A model generated the notes under the pieces. That model ran no database searches, had not been told where the DNA came from, and was given only the letters and a program-made list of their open reading frames with translations. Position numbers and translations under genes: made by a program. This document shows positions 50,724 through 60,032 of a stretch of DNA of 60,032 nt, piece by piece (the first letter of the stretch is position 1; each line of letters opens with the position of its first letter). This DNA is from Trichinella spiralis (lineage: Eukaryota): positions 2,312,401-2,372,432 of the forward strand of contig NW_003526940.1 in the NCBI RefSeq assembly GCF_000181795.1. Reading direction: 5' to 3'.

Positions 50724-51466
50724 GGCAAAAAAAAACAAGCAGAAGCATCATATCCGCTTGCTTGTTCATTGATCACTGCCCCCTTTACAGTATTTTTATT
50801 TCAGTCAAATTGTTTATTGATGGAAAATTTTCTAATTTGACATCACTTTAGCAAAAGCTGTACATGTATGTTTTTTTTTCAATTTTCAATAAAATTATTG
50901 CCTGTGCTGCTACTAATTTCTACAAAGTTGACAAATTTCACATATGACATTTTTCAATTTATTAATATTATTGTTATTGTTGTTGTTGTTGTTGTTGTTG
51001 TTGCTGTTACCATCATGTTGAAGAGTATGAATGGCATTTTTAGATGAAGCAATTTTTAAATGATCGACTATCAATCAGTTAATTTTTTCTCTTTTCCATT
51101 TTTTACATAATTTTATTTTTACCTTGTTTTTTACACACTTATTTTAGAAAACATTTATAATTGTATAAATAAATATGATTCATTGGTCGTTGCAATATTG
51201 TTCTAATTTGAAAAAAAACCAATTTCTCATTTTAACTTCACTATATAACGACTACACGAAATAAATGTACAATGAATTCAACTAACAAGTGAAAATTGTC
51301 TGTGCACTGTATGTATGTATGTACGTATACTTTGGATTACTGCTTAAACAAAATGTTGAAAAGTTGCGATGAAACTTATTTTCAAATGGTATATGAGCCT
51401 GACTGGTCCACCGACTAATTTATTCAACCTGCAGTACAAATGGGTCTATTTTATGCAGATTTATTT

Positions 51467-51790
51467 ATGGGTCTTTCGTCCAGAAATGGATTTTACTGAG
51501 AAGCTGGAAGATTTCTTCTGCGCCAGTGGGGTACTGACATGAAACTACGGCATAGTCAGGCGCTACTTGCTGAGCGATCCATTCTGGCGTGAGCTATACC
51601 CGGTGGGACGAGCGACGCAGAACTCCTTCGAGCAGTCGAAGTCGAGGCGGATACTAAACGCCTACAGCCCGAAGGAGTCGACGGGGAGGCTAATCGAGTG
51701 ATGATTCTATGCCCTCCACCAATGCGAAGGTCTGACCAATCAGCAATACGCCCAGCAGGTGGCAGAACTGGGACGCAGTGTAGGCGTGCG
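51467..51790 (+). mobile_element. Gypsy gag remnant
   Basis: Broken frames give KLEDFFCASGV, RYLLSDP..RELYP, LNAYSPKESTGRLIE and QYAQQVAELGR. Confidence 0.65.
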
Positions 51791-51819
51791 GTCGGTGCTG
51801 TTCGCGTTCGGCGAAGATG

Positions 51820-52200
51820 ACTTCAGACGATTTTGGCCCTTAGACATAGATTATCACTGTGACAAATGATAAGGGAAAGGAAGATCCGTCTGTCTCTCAT
51901 CTCATGAAGACTTTCCAAGAGAATCTAGAATATAGCAATGGACGTTATGCTGTTAAAATTCCACAAAAACCAGGATTGCGAAATTTACCGAATAACTAAC
52001 TGTACGCAAGAATTGCAGCGTTTGCTAAAGACAGAAGCTGGTCTTTTGAAGAATCACACAAAGTCAGAAATTCATTCCAAGACGTTAACGGAGTACATGA
52101 CAGAAGGTATAATGCAAAGAGTCGAGAATGTGCCTAGCGATGATAGAAGAATTTGTATTTACCACAGCATATGGTGTTCAAAAATGACGAATGTGCTTTT
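51820..52200 (+). mobile_element. BEL/Pao pol remnant (region preceding RT)
   Basis: RRFWPL.., TFQENLEYSNGRYAVKIP, NLPNN, TLTEYMTEGI, ICIYHS / YLPQHMVFK. Confidence 0.6.
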
Positions 52201-52769
52201 ATAAAAGTCAAAAGATATCATGATCCAAACCAAAAGTGATCAATCAGATTGTCATTTGTCCCTCAACTGTCCCTCTCATGTGTTATATTTTTTTATTATT
52301 ACTTTTCCATCATTGGTCAATTTCTGCATCAGTTTAAAGCTCTTTTAAATTTGTATTTAAAAATTGAATACTTTTCAGAGGCATATATTTGGGGATTTTT
52401 AATGTTAACCAAATTAATTATTCAAATGAACCTGCACAAAGCCCCAATTTTTATATTTTATTAATGTAAATATCACATCTGGAAGAGAAAGTCTGCATTT
52501 TGGTTTCCATACACATTGGATTGTACTGAATTTTACAAAGAGGTAAAAGCGAAGGTTGTGGTTTTATTTATGTGAGAAGGCATCAATCAGAAAAAATGTT
52601 TTTCAGATAGCACAGAATCTCCTAAACTATCTTACTTAAATGCTTCGTTCAGCAGTAAAATCTATAACATAGTGCAATACAAAACAATAATACAGCATAA
52701 TATAACGCAATATAATACAACATAATACAATACAAAACCAATATAAAACTGTACAAGAGTAAATAAAAA

Positions 52770-53600
52770 TAAATGATGCAGTTGTGCAGAAAAGGCTGGC
52801 ATTCAATTATTCTCCTCCTTTGATACAAGGTACGCCACAGCTATTAAGAACTGCTCCATTGTACGCCTTCCGCCGTCATATTCTGTAGTCAAGACTGTTA
52901 TGCGTAGCTGCAGTTCTTCATATTCTTTATTTTTAAATCATTGGCGATAACCCGACCTGATTTCACGTGCTAATTCAACGTTTCCGTTGAACCCTGCTCA
53001 TCGATCAGCAGCTGGAGTCGTTCATATAAACAGCGGTGGCGTTGCGCCGCAAGTCGGTTCATTTTGACGCGCCAAGCTTCTAAATCATTATTTGTGCGAA
53101 TATTTACATTATATACATTCAATAACTGCAGCCTGTTAGGAATCCTTCATTCCTCTTTAAAAAAACTAAACAAGGTTGCTATGAAACACATAGCACATCT
53201 GCCGAGCAGTTCCACGGCAGCAGGTGAAACATGAAGCTTCATAGAAGCCGTTGCCAGCAACATTTTGACTTTTTTCATGGTAGCCACTACATGGATGTAC
53301 CTGCTACGCATCTCAGATCTGTCACTTTCCGCAGAACTGCTTAGCAGCGGGATGGTCCCAATGCTCCCACTTCTGTTCCCATTCGGTCCCACGGTTCATT
53401 TATTGGTCGTTGACCTCGCTATCTTATTAGACCATAACCTCGCTATCTAATGAGACCGTAAAGTCTTTGTCCTATTGGTTTCCCTTGTCTAATTGATCAT
53501 TGATTCAAATCTTTCCCTTGTAATTAGCTGTAATATTTTTTCATTTCATTGGTTCAAATATTCCATTTAGGATTACGTAACTTTAATAGTAGTGACGTAA
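52770..53600 (-). mobile_element. Internally deleted MULE remnant (transposase C-terminus plus terminal region)
   Basis: KKVKMLLATA, NVYNVNIRTNNDLEAW (the TNNxxE motif), LYERLQLLIDEQG, and an ATTGG-rich terminal region at 53470-53560. Confidence 0.75.
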
Positions 53601-54205
53601 CATTAATAATGAAAATATTATTCCAAAATTTTATTGCCTGTTTGAAGCTTCGTCATTCATTGAAATTTTGTTTATTTAAATATATTATTTGTGGTGAAGT
53701 TTATACATTTTCATGATCAGCATTCCCGAAAATAATTTTCATCATTATTCTATATTTATTCTACCAAAGTGACGTTATATCAAATGCAATAGTAATAAGT
53801 TATATCAGAAAAAACAATACAAAAAATAAATTGTGATTTTTATTTTTCATTACCCAACAGCAACAACAACAATAATAAACAACATATCAGTGAACGACAT
53901 TAACAAAGTGGTATCAGAGCGATATCAAAATAACAAATTATTGTTTGTGAATAAAGATTGACACTAAGGACAGCCGCTTTGTTTATTAAAGCTTGAATAT
54001 AAACTCTTATTTGCCAATATCTTTAACCGTACATAGCAACAGACTACTGGCACCAGCTTACTCGCCACAATGGCATGGATGGTAAAATGCTATTCATATC
54101 ATTGAGTACACTTGATGTACATCCGTACTCAAGTTTTACGGGTGCCATCAGTCTAATATAGGCCATGGTGCTCATCTACCCGGCACTTTTCAACGNNNNN
54201 NNNNN

Positions 54206-57200
54206 TTTCCCAGCTTTCAAGATGTTGGTCGATTTTCTATGCTCGGTTTGGGCGATTTGTGAAGTTATTATTCTATTATTACGTACAGTTTAAATTCTTC
54301 TTCAGTATCATCAACAACAATTATGAATATTATCATTTTCAACATGTCATTTCAGGTAATGCCGGGATTGTTGTTGTGTTTTGTCATGCGCTATGATGCG
54401 CATAAACGAACCCAAAACGGAGCCAACAATAATCATTCGCCTTCGACTCCAGTTTCAAGCTTGCAGAAAGTGACATATTTTCATTGTTCATTAATTGGCT
54501 ATTTTCTTGGTGAGAACATTTCTCTTATTATTTTATATTCAAAAAAAATACTGAACGTGAAAGTTTTTTTTCAAGGTCTACTGACGGCCACAGTGTCGGC
54601 AGAATTTTTCAAATCCGCTCAGCCTGCCCTGCTTTATCTGGTGCCATTTACTCTTTTGCCGTTGATGATCATGGCATATTTAAAGGTATTTTTTTCTTTC
54701 ATTTTTGTTGCCAATTTTTCTTTGAAACTTTATTCATTGATGTTGCTTGCTCATTGCAGGGTGATTTACGTCGCATGTGGAATGAGCCTTTTACTGATTA
54801 TTCGTCATCAGTATCTTCGAAGCTCGAAAAAACATCCGAAATATACGTTTGAGGCAAAAAAAGACAAGCAGAAGCATCATATCCGCTTGCTTGTTCATTG
54901 ATCACTGCCCCCTTTACAGTATTTTTATTTCAGTCAAATTGTTTATTGATGGAAAATTTTCTAATTTGACATCACTTTAGCAAAAGCTGTACATGTATGT
55001 TTTTTTTTCAGTTTTCAATAAAATTATTGCCTGTGCTGCTACTAATTTCTACCAAGTTGACAAATTTCACATATGACATTTTTCAATTTATTAATATTAT
55101 TGTTATTGTTGTTGTTGTTGTTGTTGCTGTTATCATCATGTTGAAGAATATGAATGGCATTTTTAGATGAAGCAATTTTTAAATGATCGACTATCAATCA
55201 GTTAATTTTTTCTCTTTTCCATTTTTTACATAATTTTATTTTTACCTTGTTTTTTACACACTTATTTTAGAAAACATTTATAATTGTATAAATAAATATG
55301 ATTCATTGGTCGTTGCAATATTGTTCTAATTTGAAAAAAAACCAATTTCTCATTTTAACTTCACTATATAACGACTACACGAAATAAATGTACAATGAAT
55401 TCAACTAACAAGTGAAAATTGTCTGTGCACTGTATGTATGTATGTACGTATACTTTGGATTACTGCTTAAACAAAATGTTGAAAAGTTGCGATGAAACTT
55501 ATTTTCAAATGGTATATGAGCCTGACTGGTCCACCGACTAATTTATTCAACCTGCAGTACAAATGATGCAGATTTATTTATGGATCTTTCGTCCAGAAAT
55601 GGACTTTACTCAGAAGCTGGAAGATTTCTTCTGCGCCAGTGGGGTACTGACATGAAACTACGGCATAGTCAGGCGCTACTTGCTGAGCGATCCATTCTGG
55701 CGTGAGCTATACCCGGTGGGACGAGCGACGCAGAACTCCTTCGAGCAGTTGAAGTCGAGGCGGATGCTAAACGCCTACAGTCCGAAGGAGTCGACGGGGG
55801 GGCTAATCGAGTGATGATTCTATGCCCTCCGCCAATGCGAAGGTCTGACCAATCAGCAATACGCCCAGCAGGTGGTAGAACTGGGACGCAGTGTAGGCGT
55901 GCGGTCGGTGCTGTTCGCGTTCGGCGAAGATGACTTCAGACGATTTTGGCCCTTAGACATAGATTATCACTGTGACAAATGATAAGGGAAAGGAAGATTC
56001 GTCTGTCTCTCATCTCATGAAGACTTTCCAAGAGAATCTAGAATATAGCAATGGACGCTATGCTGTTAAAATTCCACAAAAACCAGGATTGCGAAATTTA
56101 CCGAATAACTAACTGTACGCAAAAATGCAGCGTTTGCTAAAGACAGAAGCTGGTCTTTTGAAGAATCACACAAAGTCAGAAATTCATTCCAAGACGTTAA
56201 CGGAGTACATGACAGAAGGTATAATGCAAAGAGTCGAGAATGTGCCTGGCGATGATAGAAGAATTTGTATGTACCACAGCATATGGTGTTCAAAAATGAC
56301 GAATGTGCTTTTATAAAAGTCAAAAGATATCATGATCCAAACCAAAAGTGATCAATCAGATTGTCATTTGTCCCTCAACTGTCCCTCTCATGTGTTATAT
56401 TTTTTTATTATTACTTTTCCATCATTGATCAATTTCTGCATCAGTTTAAAGCTCTTTTAAAATTTGTATTTAAAAATTGAATACTTTTCAGAGGCATATA
56501 TTTGGGGATTTTTAATGTTAACCAAATTAATTATTCAAATGAACCTGCACAAAGCCCCAATTTTTATATTTTATTAATGTAAATATCACATCTGGAAGAG
56601 AAAGTCTGCATTTTGGTTTCCATACACATTGGATTGTACTGAATTTTACAAAGAGGTAAAAGCGAAGGTTGTGGTTTTATTTATGTGAGAAGGCATCAAT
56701 CAGAAAAAATGTTTTTCAGATAGCACAGAATCTCCTAAACTATCTTACTTAAATGCTTCGTTCAGCAGTAAAATCTATAACATAGTGCAATACAAAACAA
56801 TAATACAGCATAATATAATGCAATATAATACAACATAATACAATACAAAACCAATATAAAACTGTACAAGAGTAAATAAAAATAAATGATGCAGTTGGGC
56901 AGAAAAGGCTGGCATTCAATTATTCTCCTCCTTTGATACAAGGTACGCCACAGCTATTAAGAACTGCTCCATTGTACGCCTTCCGCCGTCATATTCTGTA
57001 GTCAAGACTGTTATGCGCAGCTGCAGTTCTTCATATTCTTTATTTTTAAATCATTGGCGGTAACCCGACCTGATTTCACCTGCGAATTCAATGTTTCCGT
57101 TGAACCCTGCTCATCGATCAGCAGCTGGAGTCGTTCATATAAACAGCGGTGGCGTTGCGCCGCAAGTCGGTTCATTTTGACGCGCCAAGCTTCTAAATCA

Positions 57201-58241
57201 TTATTTGTGCAAATATTTACATTACATACATTCAATAACTGCAGCCTGTTAGGAATCCTTCATTCCGTTTTAAAAAAACTAAACAAGGTTGCTATGAGAC
57301 ACATAGCACATCTGCCGAGCAGTTCCACGGCAGCAGGTGAAACATGAAGCTTCAAAGAAGCCGTTGCCAGCAACATTTTGAATTTTTTCATGGTAGCCAC
57401 TACATGGATGTACCTGCTACGCATCTCAGATCTGTCACTTTCCGCAGAACTGCTTGGCAGCGGGATGGTCCCAATGGTCCCACTTCTGTTCCCATTCGGT
57501 CCCACGGTTCATTTATTGGTCGTTGACCTCGCTATCTTATTAGACCATAACCTNNNNNNNNNNATTAGCTGTATATTTTTTCATTTCATTGGTTCAAATA
57601 TTCCATTTAGGAGTACGTAACTTTAATAGTAGTGACGTAACATTAATAATGAAAATATTATTCCAAAATTTTATTGCCTGTTTGAAGCTTCGTCATTCAT
57701 TGAAATTTTGTTTATTTAAATATATTATTTGTGGTGAAGTTTATACATTTTCATGATCAGCATTCCCGAAAATAATTTTCATCATTATTCTATATTTATT
57801 CTACCAAAGTGACGTTATATCAAATGCAATAGTAATAAGTTATATCAGAAAAAACAATACAAAAAATAAATTGTGATTTTTATTTTTCATTACCCAACAG
57901 CAACAACAACAATAATAAACAACATATCAGTGAACGACATTAACAAAGTGGTATCAGAGCGATATCAAAATAACAAATTATTGTTTGTGAATAAAGATTG
58001 ACACTAAGGACAGCCGCTTTGTTTATTAAAGCTTGGAATATAAACTCTTATTTGCCAATATCTTTAACCGTACATAGCAACAGACTACTGGCACCAGCTT
58101 ACTCGCCACAATGGCATGGATGGTAAAATGCTATTCATATCATTGAGGTACAACCTTGAATGTACCATCCGTACTCCAAGTTTTTACGGTTGCCATCAGT
58201 CTATATAGGCCATGTGCTCATCTACCCGGCACTTTTCAACG
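54206..58241 (+). repeat. Gap-flanking near-identical copy of 50077-54195 (SPPL3 3' half plus TE debris)
   Basis: It starts right after the N gap, mid-exon. It differs by SNPs, microsatellite length and small indels. Confidence 0.92.
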
Positions 58242-59045
58242 TGATCTTTCCTATCGATCCCAGCCGGAACTTCTAAATCCGTCCACACTGCACCCCCGCC
58301 GCCTTCATTATCCTATACCGAAATAAAGCAATTGTTAATAACTAGGAACACATGCTATACATTCAGCGCATACTTTTGAACATCTCCAATATTTCTGTTT
58401 GCGGGCACGTTTTAATTTATATATCCTGCCTACCATACCACCGAATTGGACTAAATCCCGCAATGATTTGGTACAAGATGTAACTCAGGGTACTGAGCAA
58501 TAACAAGGAACAGAATAGAAAATGATTCGAATAACTCTGGAACGGAAAGCACTGAACGCAATGCACACAAAAGTGAAATANNNNNNNNNNCCTACCATAC
58601 CACCGAATTGGACTAAATCCCGCAAAGAATTGGTACAAGATGTAACTCAGGGTACTGAGCAATAACAAGGAACAGAATAGAAAATGATTCGAATAACTCC
58701 GGAACGGAAAGCACTGAACGCAAATGCAACACCAAAAGTGAAAATAAATTGTACAGTTTTGAATATCATGTTAAATAACCATTTTGCAACAATATTTAGT
58801 TTTCATTTCATATTTTATCTACAATCGAAGATCAACTTCTGATATTCCTTGTAGCACTAATGCTTTTTGTTGATACTGACAGAATAAAATTAATCACACA
58901 CAAATGGCGCACGAATGCTAACATCAAAGAACGTGATGTCCACAGCAGAGTGAATTTGAAGCAGCTTTAACTGCTATTCTGCTTCGTGCTGTCCTTCGCT
59001 TCCTTTTTGCTTTCAAAGTGTTTTACACTGATTTATCTGAGTTCA

Positions 59046-59335
59046 TCAGATAAATTACGTTTCAGCTAGCAATTAAATGAGATTTATGCATTAGATGCTT
59101 TTCCGTTTGCGAGTAAATGTTCTGATGAGTAGCTAATGACGATTGTAATACAATGGAAAAATCAAAAAGTGATGAATTGTACACAGCTGCAGTTGTCAGC
59201 TAAACTACGCATGGCAACTGCTAATTTGTTAGCATTTAAATACTTTTCTAATTTCAAGCTGACTGTTCTCTGATAATCTTTCCTGATAGCAATCAAAGAA
59301 TTTTACTTTTAACTTCAGAAAGTTTTTACCCCTTT
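59046..59335 (-). repeat. Inverted copy of 1-286
   Basis: Direct visual alignment of the reverse complement. Confidence 0.85.
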
Positions 59336-59857
59336 CGTCAGTGTTATTGTTTTCCATCGTATATTTTATTTAAATAAAAAGTCTGCAATATTATTTACAA
59401 ATCAAAGAACAAATTTAGTTTTATATATTTGGCGTAAATTGTGAACTTTCTATTATTACATCTGAACGAAACCGACTAGTGCGTTGGTGAAAACTTAAAT
59501 TGCCATCTATTTTCATTTCCATTTGCAACCTTTCAATGTATATTTTAATTATAACGAAATATTTAAACATTCCGCATCAAAAGCCGCGCCTATGATGTAG
59601 CTGATCTGTTGGATGTTGAATTTCCAATTTCATTTGAACTTGGTTAAGTGAGCATGGAATTTCGAAAGAATTTCCATGCACTTATCCATCATTTTATTGT
59701 TTAATTAACTACAGAGAATTTTTTTCGGCCAAAATCTTATGCACTTAATCAAGTTCGACTGTATTTTATATGAAATGTATGAACGTCAAGCAGGATTTTT
59801 CATACAAACCACAAACCTCATCGACATGTATAAAAATACATATATGGATGTTTCATA

Positions 59858-60032
59858 AAGGAAGAAACTTGGTAAATATTAAAGTAAAATTCTTGGATTG
59901 TAAACTAAAAAGATTTAAAACACTCCCAGTAAAATCAAGAAATTAATCAGATGCTAACAATTTAGTACTTTTCCCTCCTTCGTTAAGCTTGAAAGCTGCA
60001 ACTGTGAACAATTTGTCAATTGTGCATTTTCC
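59858..60032 (+). repeat. Diverged copy of the same repeat, running off the window end
   Basis: AAAGTAAAATTCTTGGATTG, GATGCTAACAA and CTGCAACTGT occur in the same order as in 1-180. Confidence 0.6.

Noticed and set aside
58417..58745. Repeated hydrophobic ORF LLLLSTLSYILYQ
   Set aside because: The repeat is a gap-flanking overlap, and no gene model could be built.
1..59335. A single 59-kb element bounded by the inverted 1-286 and 59046-59335 repeats
   Set aside because: A third copy exists, the first copy is cut by the window edge, no TSD can be tested, and the interior holds ordinary housekeeping genes.
1..60032. CRISPR arrays, tRNA/rRNA genes, prokaryotic operons
   Set aside because: None seen. 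The DNA is eukaryotic, and the tRNA-like matches are only retroelement primer binding sites.

Overview
AT-rich, intron-containing eukaryotic DNA from a draft assembly with six 10-N gaps. It is most likely a clade I nematode such as Trichinella; this is inferred from the short introns, TTTCAG-type acceptors and the MULE/BEL families present. Bases 1-24.7 kb are a nested transposon cluster: MITEs ending in GGGGTAGACC, a decayed MULE, a full-length Mag-type Gypsy element (TSD GTCAC, tRNA-Ser PBS), a young BEL/Pao element with near-identical LTRs whose open polyprotein lacks reverse transcriptase, an old BEL remnant, and spliced FET-like and CPEB-like RRM fragments next to a MULE-type terminal repeat. 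Bases 25-51 kb hold host genes: cct-6, a secreted 3xPAN protein, an unknown acidic/basic protein, CREB (crh-1) and SPPL3. Bases 51-60 kb are TE debris, gap-flanking duplications and a decayed repeat or gene family. The best candidate for an undescribed system is a CRE-dense internal promoter plus an in-phase alternative first exon inside CREB intron 3. It predicts a KID-less, ICER-like feedback repressor isoform. All calls were made by eye, with no database searches.
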